Below, piece by piece: positions 48,586 to 57,762 of a stretch of 64,000 nucleotides of DNA (within the stretch, counting starts at the first letter, position 1; the number at the start of each line of letters is the position of its first letter). The stretch is from Candidatus Hydrogenedens sp. (GTDB lineage: Bacteria; Hydrogenedentota; Hydrogenedentia; Hydrogenedentales; Hydrogenedentaceae): the NCBI GenBank assembly GCA_049968235.1, contig JBMFRC010000003.1:160001-224000 (forward strand), given 5' to 3'. The notes below the pieces were generated by a model, which had not been told where the DNA came from, ran no database searches, and saw nothing but the letters and a program-made list of their open reading frames with translations. The position numbers were made by a program, and so were the translations under genes.

Positions 48586-48626
48586 AAAACGCTCCGAACA
48601 CCTGAGTTGGGAGCGTTTTGTTTTCG
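48586..48626. terminator. Bidirectional rho-independent terminator between the convergent lipoprotein gene and rpsU
   Basis: Hairpin AAAACGCTCC-N13-GGAGCGTTTT followed by GTTTTCG. Confidence 0.55.
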
Positions 48627-48662
48627 ATTATCTCTTGTGCTTGTACTAAATGGAACAAATTT

Positions 48663-48866
48663 CTATTGAACTGTTTCGGATTCCATAATAGAACGGGATA
48701 CCGCTTTGATTAGCCTTCTACGGCGGCGTTCCGATGGTTTTTCATAATGGCGGAGTTCACGAAGTCTCTGCATAATACCATCTTTATTGCACTTTTTCTT
48801 AAAACGCCTCATAGCCTTATCAAAAGACTCTTCCGGCTTAATTCGAACCTTTGTCAAAGAAATCAA
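48663..48866 (-). CDS. rpsU: 30S ribosomal protein S21
   Basis: 'VRIKPEESFDKAMRRFKKKCNKDGIMQRLRELRHYEKPSERRRRR' matches the S21 consensus. Confidence 0.8.
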   Translation of the reverse strand: MISLTKVRIKPEESFDKAMRRFKKKCNKDGIMQRLRELRHYEKPSERRRRRLIKAVSRSIMESETVQ

Positions 48867-49090
48867 CCTCCTTTCAATATAAATTTATGAGTTGAAAAGG
48901 ATTTTTATTATATAACAAATAGGGGTAATATTTCAATAGATAATCTATTTTTATTTTTACTTCTATTTATGCTAAAATAATAAATCAATGTAGTGGAGAT
49001 GGGGTTCTCCTAAATCGCCGATGTGGCTGATGACTCCTACCTGAAATATCCTCAATGTAACTCTCTTTATTTTTATGAAAGGAATATGAC

Positions 49091-50284
49091 ATGGAACATC
49101 TATATCTATCTGCATCAATCTGGTTATTTCTCGCCCTAACCTCCGCTATCATTGCATATTACTTGAAGGTTTCTATTGCTTTGATAGAGATTTGTGTAGG
49201 TATTATCGCAGGATATATAGCGACCCATTTTCTACAGACCGATTTGCTTAATAATAATGAAGAATGGTTAAAATTTCTTGCAGGTAGTGGAGCCATTTTT
49301 CTTACTTTCCTTGCAGGTGCTGAATTAGAGCCTACTGTGATTAAAAATAAATGGAAGGAGGTTCTTCTTATCGGCTTGATTGGATTTTTTTCTCCATTTG
49401 TCGGTTGTTCATTGATTGCTCATTTTTTGTTAGGGTGGGACCCGAGAGCCAGTTTGCTATGTGGTGTAGCCCTATCAACTACTTCAATGGCTGTGGTTTA
49501 TGCGGTGATGATTGACACAGGATTAAATGTTACAGAATTTGGGAAGGGCATATTAGGTTCTTGTTTTATCAATGATATCGGGACCGTTCTCGCTTTAGGA
49601 ATCATCTTTGCACCGTTTACCTACAAGACCTTTATCTTTATTACTATAACAATTATTTATCTTGTTCTTTTCCCGTTTTTTACCAACCATCTGACGAAGG
49701 TATATGGGAATCGAACTGCTGCAATTCGAACCAAATGGATTTCATTCACACTGTTCGGATTAGGTGCATTAGCACTATGGTCGGGCAATGAAGCAGTCTT
49801 GCCTGCCTATATAGCGGGTATGGTCCTTGCAGAATTCAGTCAAAGAAATCCTATATGGTTACGAAGATTACGAACTTTGACCATCGGATTTCTTACCCCA
49901 TTTTATTTTTTAAGGGCAGGCACACTTGTATCCGTTCCTGCATTAATTTCTGCACCATTTCTTATCGTTGCCCTATTAGGGGCAAAAGTAGTTTCCAAGA
50001 TATTTGGACTATACCCTTTTATCATACAATTTCGGAAAGAAAAAAATGAACGATGGTATTACACCTTGATGATGTCCACAGGACTCACCTTCGGAACTAT
50101 CTCTGCTCTATTTGGATATTCTCATAATATTATCAATACAGAACAATATTCCTATATAGTAATTGCTGTTATTGCAAGTGCTGTAATTCCAACTATGTTT
50201 GCATCCTACCTCTTCACACCGAGACATCTTTTATCTCAGAAAATTCATGTCTCAAAATCTATACATGAATTATCTGAGGAATAG
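49091..50284 (+). CDS. Cation:proton antiporter (Na+/H+ exchanger, CPA-type) membrane protein
   Basis: About 11-12 TM helices with an N-terminal exchanger-family pattern ('LKVSIALIEICVGIIAGY'). No RCK domain. Confidence 0.65.
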   Translation: MEHLYLSASIWLFLALTSAIIAYYLKVSIALIEICVGIIAGYIATHFLQTDLLNNNEEWLKFLAGSGAIFLTFLAGAELEPTVIKNKWKEVLLIGLIGFFSPFVGCSLIAHFLLGWDPRASLLCGVALSTTSMAVVYAVMIDTGLNVTEFGKGILGSCFINDIGTVLALGIIFAPFTYKTFIFITITIIYLVLFPFFTNHLTKVYGNRTAAIRTKWISFTLFGLGALALWSGNEAVLPAYIAGMVLAEFSQRNPIWLRRLRTLTIGFLTPFYFLRAGTLVSVPALISAPFLIVALLGAKVVSKIFGLYPFIIQFRKEKNERWYYTLMMSTGLTFGTISALFGYSHNIINTEQYSYIVIAVIASAVIPTMFASYLFTPRHLLSQKIHVSKSIHELSEE

Positions 50285-50413
50285 TAACCCCGTTACAATG
50301 TAAATAAATTGAATATTCCCTTTAATTTATGCGATAATATAGTCCCCGATAAGTAAAGAGAGCGGTGAGGGGGAAATAATCAGGAAAAAATGCTTCCGTT
50401 CTAAAAGACGGAT

Positions 50414-50429
50414 TGTTAATTGTTAATAT
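50414..50429. promoter_or_regulatory. Direct repeat TGTTAAT-TGTTAAT-AT upstream of gap; the same motif as upstream of the GntR/LacI-like regulator
   Basis: 'attgTTAATTGTTAATATacat', about 90 bp upstream of the gap start codon. Confidence 0.3.
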
Positions 50430-50519
50430 ACATTTGCAAAATAAAATCACTATATAGCAAACAAGTATTCGTATAAATAAAAACCAAACAAATAACTTTT
50501 AACAAGAAAGGGTTCAGTT

Positions 50520-51518
50520 ATGGCAATCAAGGTTGGTATTAATGGTTTTGGTCGTATTGGTCGCACGGTATTTAAACTTTTGGTAAAAAGCGCTGATTTT
50601 GAGGTTGTTGGCGTTAATGATATTACCGATGCGAAAACTCTGGCTCACTTGCTCAAATACGACAGTGTATTTGGTGTTCTCGATGCAGAAGTAAAGGCAA
50701 CGGAAAATTCAATTATTGTTAATGGGAAAGAATACAAAGTAACTGCAATAAAAGACCCGGCACAACTTCCCTGGAAAGATTTAGGTGCGGAAATTGTAGT
50801 TGAATCAACAGGGATTTTTACCAAGAAGGATGATTGCTTAAAGCATGTTTCTGCGGGTGCTAAAAAAGTTTTGTTAACAGTCCCACCGAAGGATGAAGTG
50901 GATGCTATTATCGTTATGGGTGTAAATGATGAAACATTGAAACCTACGGATGTCGTCGTTTCTAATGCCAGTTGCACTACGAATTGTCTTGCTCCTGTTG
51001 CCAAAGTCCTTCACAAGAATTTTGGAATTATTCGTGGCTTTATGACTACGGTTCATGCTTATACAAATGACCAGCGTGTGCTTGATATGCCTCATAAAGA
51101 CCTTCGTCGTGCCCGTGCTGCTGCGAATTCCATTATTCCTACTACAACCGGTGCAGCAAGAGCGGTTGGTAAAGTATTACCTGAATTAAAAGGGAAATTA
51201 GATGGTTTTGCCATGCGTGTTCCGGTTATTGATGGTTCTGTGGTTGATCTTGTTGCGGAATTGGAAAAGAAAGCGACGAAAGAAGATATTAACAAGGCAA
51301 TTAAAGAGGCATCCGAAACCTTACTTAAAGGCATCCTTGCATACACGGAAGACCCGATAGTCTCCTGTGATGTAATCGGCAACTCACATTCCAGTATTTT
51401 CGATGCACAAAGCACTATGGTAATGGGCGATAACTTTGTAAAAGTAGTATCCTGGTATGATAACGAATTTGGTTATTCCAACCGTTGTGTCGATTTGCTT
51501 AAATTGATGGCAAAATAA
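50520..51518 (+). CDS. gap: Type I glyceraldehyde-3-phosphate dehydrogenase
   Basis: 'KVGINGFGRIGR' and the catalytic 'ASCTTNCLAP'. Confidence 0.92.
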   Translation: MAIKVGINGFGRIGRTVFKLLVKSADFEVVGVNDITDAKTLAHLLKYDSVFGVLDAEVKATENSIIVNGKEYKVTAIKDPAQLPWKDLGAEIVVESTGIFTKKDDCLKHVSAGAKKVLLTVPPKDEVDAIIVMGVNDETLKPTDVVVSNASCTTNCLAPVAKVLHKNFGIIRGFMTTVHAYTNDQRVLDMPHKDLRRARAAANSIIPTTTGAARAVGKVLPELKGKLDGFAMRVPVIDGSVVDLVAELEKKATKEDINKAIKEASETLLKGILAYTEDPIVSCDVIGNSHSSIFDAQSTMVMGDNFVKVVSWYDNEFGYSNRCVDLLKLMAK

Positions 51519-51566
51519 CCTGTTTAACATATAGAAATAAAAAACAACACACCTTATTGAAAGGAT

Positions 51567-52820
51567 GTGGATATGAATAAATTAACATTAAAAGATATTG
51601 ATGTCCGTGGTAAGCGTGTTCTTATGCGGGTAGATTTCAATGTTCCGCAGAATGAAGACGGCTCTGTCCGTGATGATACCCGTATTCGCGCCGCTTTACC
51701 CAGCATTCAGTATGTTCGTGAGAACGGTGGAAAATTAATCCTGATGTCACATTTAGGAAGACCGAAGGACTATATTAAAGCAGGAGATACCGAAGGCTTA
51801 AAGAAATTGAAGTTAGATCCCGTTGCAGACCGTTTGCGTGAGTTAATAGGTGGTAATGTGAAGAAGGTTGACCAGGTAGTCGGTCCCGAGGTTGAGAAAG
51901 CAGTAGCGGAAATGCAACCGGGTGATATTGTATTACTTGAAAACACACGATTTGAAAAAGGTGAAGAGAAAAACGACCCGGAACTTTCCCAGCAATTGGC
52001 GAAGTTAGGGGATGTTTATGTAAGCGATGCCTTTGGTACCGTGCACCGTGCTCATGCTTCTACCGAAGGTGTAACGAAGTTTATGCCTGTAAGTGTTGCA
52101 GGTTTTCTGGTAGCCAAAGAAATTGAATACTTTGAAAAAGTATTAAAGAATCCGGAACATCCTCTGGTGGCGATATTAGGTGGCAAGAAGGTAAATGACA
52201 AGATTAAGGTCATTGAGAACCTGCTCAACCTGGTAGATGTTCTGATTATTGGTGGTGGTATGTCTTATACCTTCTTGAAAGCCATGGGCTATGAAATTGG
52301 CGATTCGCTTTTAGATAAGGAAGGAATTGAATTTGCTAAAAATGCAATGGAAAAAGCCAGAGAACGCAATATTCCTTTATTATTACCGGAAGACATTGTC
52401 GTTGCTAACCGTTTTGCCGTAGATGCAGATACGAAGGTTGTTCCCGCAGATGGAATAGAACCCGGCTGGATGGGTATGGACATTGGTCCGAAGACAATCG
52501 AAAATTTCTGCGATGAAATTCGTAAGGCAAAGATGGTGGTTTGGAACGGACCCGTCGGTGTTTTTGAAATGGAGCCTTTTGCAAAGGGTTCTCGGGCGAT
52601 TGCAGAATGCCTTGCCAATAGCGATGCGATTAGTGTTATCGGTGGTGGTGATACCGCAGCAGCCATTGAAGCCTTTGGTTTAACAGATAAGATGTCCCAT
52701 GTATCCACCGGTGGCGGTGCATCTCTCGAAATGTTAGAAGGGAAACAATTACCCGGTGTAGTTGCCCTTACAGATATTGATGCAGTCTCCGGATGTGGTT
52801 GTGGATGCACTTGCTGTTAA
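51567..52820 (+). CDS. pgk: Phosphoglycerate kinase with an unusual Cys-rich C-terminal tail
   Basis: 'RVDFNVPQ', 'MSHLGRP' and 'GGGASLEMLEGK'. The C-terminal extension 'DIDAVSGCGCGCTCC' is not found in canonical PGKs. Confidence 0.92.
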   Translation: MDMNKLTLKDIDVRGKRVLMRVDFNVPQNEDGSVRDDTRIRAALPSIQYVRENGGKLILMSHLGRPKDYIKAGDTEGLKKLKLDPVADRLRELIGGNVKKVDQVVGPEVEKAVAEMQPGDIVLLENTRFEKGEEKNDPELSQQLAKLGDVYVSDAFGTVHRAHASTEGVTKFMPVSVAGFLVAKEIEYFEKVLKNPEHPLVAILGGKKVNDKIKVIENLLNLVDVLIIGGGMSYTFLKAMGYEIGDSLLDKEGIEFAKNAMEKARERNIPLLLPEDIVVANRFAVDADTKVVPADGIEPGWMGMDIGPKTIENFCDEIRKAKMVVWNGPVGVFEMEPFAKGSRAIAECLANSDAISVIGGGDTAAAIEAFGLTDKMSHVSTGGGASLEMLEGKQLPGVVALTDIDAVSGCGCGCTCC

Positions 52821-52887
52821 ATCGCTTTTTGAGATAGGACAACTTTTAAGTTTATAATAGAAATGTAAATTTAACTACCCAGCACCT

Positions 52888-52914
52888 GGAGAGGGGAGAT
52901 GTGAACCCCTCTCT
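52888..52914 (+). other. GC-rich hairpin in the rpsO 5' leader (possible S15 autoregulatory structure or pgk terminator)
   Basis: GGAGAGGGG-N9-CCCCTCTCT, 28 nt upstream of the rpsO start. No U-tract follows it. Confidence 0.3.
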
Positions 52915-52941
52915 AAGGTTGGGCGAATGAAAGGAAAAAAT

Positions 52942-53211
52942 ATGGCTTTAACAAAGGAGAAAAAGCAAGAACTTATTCAGGAATTTGCACGAACCAATGA
53001 AGATACGGGTTCTCCTGAAGTGCAGGTAGCAATTCTCACGGAAAGAATTCGCGAGCTCACAGAACACTTGAAAAAGCATAAGAAGGATTTTGCAAGCCGT
53101 CGTGGTTTACTGCAAATGGTAGGGAAACGGCGTTCTTTATTAGCATACCTTCGCAAGAGTGATTTTGAACGCTATCAGGCTCTCATTGATAAACTTAATC
53201 TTAGAAAATAA
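52942..53211 (+). CDS. rpsO: 30S ribosomal protein S15
   Basis: '[15 protein letters not shown]...[35 protein letters not shown]'. Confidence 0.9.
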   Translation: MALTKEKKQELIQEFARTNEDTGSPEVQVAILTERIRELTEHLKKHKKDFASRRGLLQMVGKRRSLLAYLRKSDFERYQALIDKLNLRK

Positions 53212-53249
53212 CAATCATAATTCACGCCTAAATGTAAAGAAAATTAAAT

Positions 53250-55493
53250 ATGGTAGAAAGAATTTCAGTAACAATCGGTACCAAAGAAGTTTCATTTGAA
53301 ACGGGGAAAATAGCAAAGCAGGCACAGGGGGCTGTAATATGCCAATGTGGTGATACGATGGTGCTATCCACTGCTTGTGTGGACCTGAACACGAAATTGG
53401 ATGTGGACTTTTTCCCGCTGACTGTTGATTATCGCGAAAAATTTTATTCCGTCGGTCAAATTCCCGGCAACTTTTTCCGTCGGGAGTCCAAACCTTCGGA
53501 GCGTGAAGTTCTCGTATCGCGATTGACAGACCGTCCTTTAAGACCTTTATTCCCCAAGTCTTTCAAGAACGAAGTTCAGGTATGTCAAACGGTCCTGTCC
53601 GCAGATAATGTTCATGACCCGGATGTATTGTCCATTAACGCTGCTTCTGCGGCACTCCATATTTCGCCTATACCATTTTTAGAGCCTATTGGTGCGGTTC
53701 GTATCGGTTATATTGATGACAATTTTGTTGTAAATCCCACCATTGCGGAAATGAAAAACAGTCTAATTGATATTGTAGTTGCAGGGACAGAAAGCGCCAT
53801 TTGCATGGTGGAAGGTATGGCGAAGGAAGTTTCAGAACAATTAATGATAGAAGCCCTTGAATTTGGTCATATCTGGATAAAAAAACTGGTTTCCGCTATT
53901 GAAGAGTTACGAAGTAAATGTGGTAAGGAAAAATTACATGTTGAAGAGCCTGTTAAGAACGAAGCGTTAGAACAAGAAATTCAGCAATGGCTTTCCGGAA
54001 AAATGGAAGGTGTCTTATTCCAGACTGTAAAGCAGGAACGTAGGGAAGGGATTAGCAAACTTAAAGAAGAATTGCTTGCTTTTTTAAAAGAAAAATATGG
54101 GGAAGAACAATATCCTGAAATAGAAATACAAGCAAAAGAAATTTATGAAGAAATGGTTCGTAATACATTGCGGGGACGGGTTATTAAAGAAAATCTTCGT
54201 GTAGATGGTCGTAAACTGGACGAGATTCGTCCTATCAGTATAGAAGTGGGGGTTCTCCCGCGTGCTCATGGTTCCGCATTGTTTACAAGAGGCGAAACTC
54301 AGGCTTTAGTAACAACGACATTGGGAACCAGTCAAGATGAACAGCGGTTGGATGAACTAACCGGTGATTCGATGAGTCGTTTCTTCTTGCATTACAATTT
54401 CCCGCCATGGTCTGTAGGGGAAGTGGGACGATTAGGTGCACCTGGAAGACGCGAAGTCGGGCATGGAAAATTAGCGGAACGTGCTCTAACATGTGTTCTT
54501 CCATTCGACCCGAACGATTCCACCGTTGTAACGGACCCGACAACATGTTTCCCTTATGTCGTTCGTGTAGTATCCGACATAACCGAAAGCAATGGTTCGA
54601 GTTCAATGGCATCTGTTTGTGGTGGGTCATTAAGTTTAATGGATGCAGGTGTCCCCATTAAGTCTCATGTGGCAGGAATTGCTATGGGCTTAATCAAAGA
54701 AGGGGAAGAATTTCGTGTCCTGACGGATATCTTAGGAGATGAAGACCATCTCGGAGATATGGATTTTAAAGTCTGTGGTACCCGTAAAGGAATTACTGCG
54801 TTCCAGATGGATACAAAGATTAAAGGTGTTCCTCGTTCTGTTATGGAGCAAGCCCTTGAACAGGCACGACAGGGACGCTTGTTTATATTAGATAAAATGG
54901 AAGCAGTTCTACCTCAACCACGCCCAGAAATTTCTCCGTATGCTCCACGAATATATACCATCAAAATTGACCCGGATAAAATCCGTGAGGTTATTGGTCC
55001 CGGAGGAAAAGTTATTCGTGATATACAGATGAAAACAGGGACAGAGATTACTATCCAGAACGATGGGACAGTATTGATTGCTGCGGTTGATAGCGAGAGT
55101 GCGGCCAAAGCAACCGCGATGGTATCGGGTATTACCGCAGAAGTTGAGGTTGGAAAAATCTATCATGGAAAAGTTACACGAGTTATGAACTTCGGTGCCT
55201 TTGTCAGCATACTGGGAAATCGAGAAGGTCTCGTGCATGTATCCGAATTGGCTCCCCACCGTGTCCAGGAAGTTACAGATGAAGTGAATATAGGTGATGA
55301 GATAGATGTGAAAGTAATTGAAGTAGATAAATTTGGTCGTATCAATCTTTCCAAAGTTCAGGCGGATATGGAAATGGGAAAAATTCCCAATGCACCGAGG
55401 AATAAAAGTAATCATTCCCAACCGCATTATGAAAGAAAGGACCGGGGGGGAAGGAATTTCAATCGTAACGACTCCAATAGACATCGGCGTTAA
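53250..55493 (+). CDS. pnp: Polynucleotide phosphorylase (PNPase) with a basic C-terminal tail
   Basis: Two RNase PH domains, then KH and S1 ('[28 protein letters not shown]'). Conserved rpsO-pnp linkage. Extra basic tail '[19 protein letters not shown]'. Confidence 0.92.
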   Translation: MVERISVTIGTKEVSFETGKIAKQAQGAVICQCGDTMVLSTACVDLNTKLDVDFFPLTVDYREKFYSVGQIPGNFFRRESKPSEREVLVSRLTDRPLRPLFPKSFKNEVQVCQTVLSADNVHDPDVLSINAASAALHISPIPFLEPIGAVRIGYIDDNFVVNPTIAEMKNSLIDIVVAGTESAICMVEGMAKEVSEQLMIEALEFGHIWIKKLVSAIEELRSKCGKEKLHVEEPVKNEALEQEIQQWLSGKMEGVLFQTVKQERREGISKLKEELLAFLKEKYGEEQYPEIEIQAKEIYEEMVRNTLRGRVIKENLRVDGRKLDEIRPISIEVGVLPRAHGSALFTRGETQALVTTTLGTSQDEQRLDELTGDSMSRFFLHYNFPPWSVGEVGRLGAPGRREVGHGKLAERALTCVLPFDPNDSTVVTDPTTCFPYVVRVVSDITESNGSSSMASVCGGSLSLMDAGVPIKSHVAGIAMGLIKEGEEFRVLTDILGDEDHLGDMDFKVCGTRKGITAFQMDTKIKGVPRSVMEQALEQARQGRLFILDKMEAVLPQPRPEISPYAPRIYTIKIDPDKIREVIGPGGKVIRDIQMKTGTEITIQNDGTVLIAAVDSESAAKATAMVSGITAEVEVGKIYHGKVTRVMNFGAFVSILGNREGLVHVSELAPHRVQEVTDEVNIGDEIDVKVIEVDKFGRINLSKVQADMEMGKIPNAPRNKSNHSQPHYERKDRGGRNFNRNDSNRHRR

Positions 55494-55534
55494 TTCATAT
55501 AGCAGAAATATCTTATCATCAATAAAATAGTTCC

Positions 55535-56845
55535 ATGAAACATTTTAAAAGGGCAAAGCATCCCATAACCCCTTCATTAGAGGAAAATATCAATTCCTAT
55601 TCATTACCCAATGGTATCCGGGTATTTACGAAAAGTATTCCGTACTTATTTTCCGTAAATTTAGGTGTATGGGTGCCTGTGGGTTCCGCATCAGAACCCG
55701 AAGGTAAAGAGGGATTGGCTCATTTTTTAGAACATCTTTTCTTTAAAGGCACAAAAACAAGAAGCACTCGCGATATTATGGAAGCAATTGAATGTAAAGG
55801 AGGACAGATTAACGCCTTTACAACACAGGAATATACCTGCTTCTACATTAAAACGCTGACAGAATATTTATCGCTCGCCATTGAAATTTTATCGGATATC
55901 TTAAAGAATTCAACTTTCAAAGAGATAGACAAAGAACGGAATGTTATCCTTGAAGAAATATCTTTATTGGAAGACACACCGGAAGATATAATTTTAGACC
56001 TATTTCACCAATTTGTATGGCAAAAGCATCCCCTTTCACGACCCATATTAGGAACCATTTGTTCTATAAAACACCTGACACGACAGGATATTATCTCGTT
56101 TTATAGAAAAGTTTACTCCGCACAGAATATAATAATCACAGCGGTTGGAAATTTTAAAGAGCAAGAACTTCTCCATACTTTCCAATACTGGTTTCAGGAC
56201 TTTCCAAAAAAGAACCTGAGAAAGGAAATAGAACACAAGCCAATATTTCATACCGGTGTAAAACATCATTCACGCGATATATCACAAATGCATTTCTGTT
56301 TGGGTTATCCTGCATCATCGATAACGGATCAAGAGCGATTTGTCTGTGAATTAGCAAGTAATATATTAGGAGGGGGCTCTACTTCTCGACTTTTTTATCG
56401 TATTCGCGAGCAGGAAGGGCTTGCATACAATATATTTTCTTTCCACGACCTATTCCGGCAGGCAGGGACTTTCGGTGTATATGCAGGTGTGGCACCGGAG
56501 AATTTCAGGGATGTAGTCCATATTATCCTGAATGAGATAAAAAAATTGCATGATACACCTATTACAGAAGCAGAACTTGATTTATATCGTCAGGAGCTCA
56601 AAGGTGAATTGCTCATGGCTCATGAACATGCGGAAACACACATGACGCGTATTGGTAAAAGCATCATTTATCATAATCGTATTCTCTCCATCAAAGAAAT
56701 CCTTTCTGCCCTTGACCTGATTACTCCCTTACAGATTTGTCAATTCTTCCGTAAGTATTGCACATTCAATAATATTGCTCTGGTGTCATTAGGTCCTGCA
56801 AAATATAAGCTATCTGTTAAAGATATTCGAAGAGAATTACTCTGA
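55535..56845 (+). CDS. M16-family (pitrilysin-like) zinc peptidase
   Basis: Inverted zinc motif 'HFLEHLFFKGT' (HxxEH). The position after pnp mirrors the Bacillus pnp-mlpA arrangement. Confidence 0.8.
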   Translation: MKHFKRAKHPITPSLEENINSYSLPNGIRVFTKSIPYLFSVNLGVWVPVGSASEPEGKEGLAHFLEHLFFKGTKTRSTRDIMEAIECKGGQINAFTTQEYTCFYIKTLTEYLSLAIEILSDILKNSTFKEIDKERNVILEEISLLEDTPEDIILDLFHQFVWQKHPLSRPILGTICSIKHLTRQDIISFYRKVYSAQNIIITAVGNFKEQELLHTFQYWFQDFPKKNLRKEIEHKPIFHTGVKHHSRDISQMHFCLGYPASSITDQERFVCELASNILGGGSTSRLFYRIREQEGLAYNIFSFHDLFRQAGTFGVYAGVAPENFRDVVHIILNEIKKLHDTPITEAELDLYRQELKGELLMAHEHAETHMTRIGKSIIYHNRILSIKEILSALDLITPLQICQFFRKYCTFNNIALVSLGPAKYKLSVKDIRRELL

Positions 56846-57096
56846 TAAATATCTATTCTAAAAACTGTCTGGGTAAGGCTTTCTATTTATTTTTTTATAG
56901 GAGCGATGAGGGTAAGGCAGACCTGTCTGATATGTGTATTCCTCTTTTTTAGTTACTATCATCGGTCTCTTCAGTTCGTCTGGGTTAATATGAAAAGTTG
57001 AAAGGTTACTTCTCCTATAAAATAAAAGAGTGTATAATTATGTTAAAAGAAAAAAAGGTATGAAACGGATAATCTGAATTGGAGGATTAAGAACAT

Positions 57097-57753
57097 TTGA
57101 GAATACATCAGCATGTAAACCCGCTGAATAAAAAATATCTTGTTGTTCCACCGATGCCCCAATGGTCGAATGTTTATAAGGAACCTTTTCTTCCCCTTCA
57201 TCTTGATTTAGGTTCTGCGAGTGGTAAATTCTTGCTCCAAATGGCACAAAAGAATAGGGATTGGAATTATTTAGGATTGGAGATACGTGAACCGTTGGTA
57301 GAACGAGCCAATCGCTGGAAAGATGAGTTAAGACTTACCAATCTTTACTTCTTTTTTGGGCATACGCATGTTGTTTTACATCCTCTTCTTGAAAGTTTAC
57401 CTGTTGGCGTATTGCACTATGTAAGTATTAACTTTCCAGACCCGTGGTTCAAGAGACGCCACCATAAACGGAGATTGGTTACGCCAGAACTGGTTCAGAT
57501 ATTGGCAAAATATTTACAGCCTGAGGGAAAGGTATTTATTCAAACCGATGTTGAAGAGTTAAGTAAGAATATTTGTGATGCCTTTGTAAATAGTTCTCAT
57601 TTCCGAATTGTAAATACACCGACAGAACAAAATCCTTTTGGTATCCCGACAGAACGAGAAATGTCTGTGGCACGATTAGGTCGTTATATATATAGAACTG
57701 TATTGGAACGGAAAATTGAAATTTTGAAAGAAATCAATCCAAACAACAATTAG
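57097..57753 (+). CDS. trmB: tRNA (guanine46-N7)-methyltransferase TrmB (TTG start)
   Basis: Hallmark 'INFPDPWFKRRHHKRRLV' and SAM-binding 'LDLGSASGKFLLQMA'. Confidence 0.8.
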   Translation: MRIHQHVNPLNKKYLVVPPMPQWSNVYKEPFLPLHLDLGSASGKFLLQMAQKNRDWNYLGLEIREPLVERANRWKDELRLTNLYFFFGHTHVVLHPLLESLPVGVLHYVSINFPDPWFKRRHHKRRLVTPELVQILAKYLQPEGKVFIQTDVEELSKNICDAFVNSSHFRIVNTPTEQNPFGIPTEREMSVARLGRYIYRTVLERKIEILKEINPNNN

Positions 57754-57762
57754 GACATAAAT

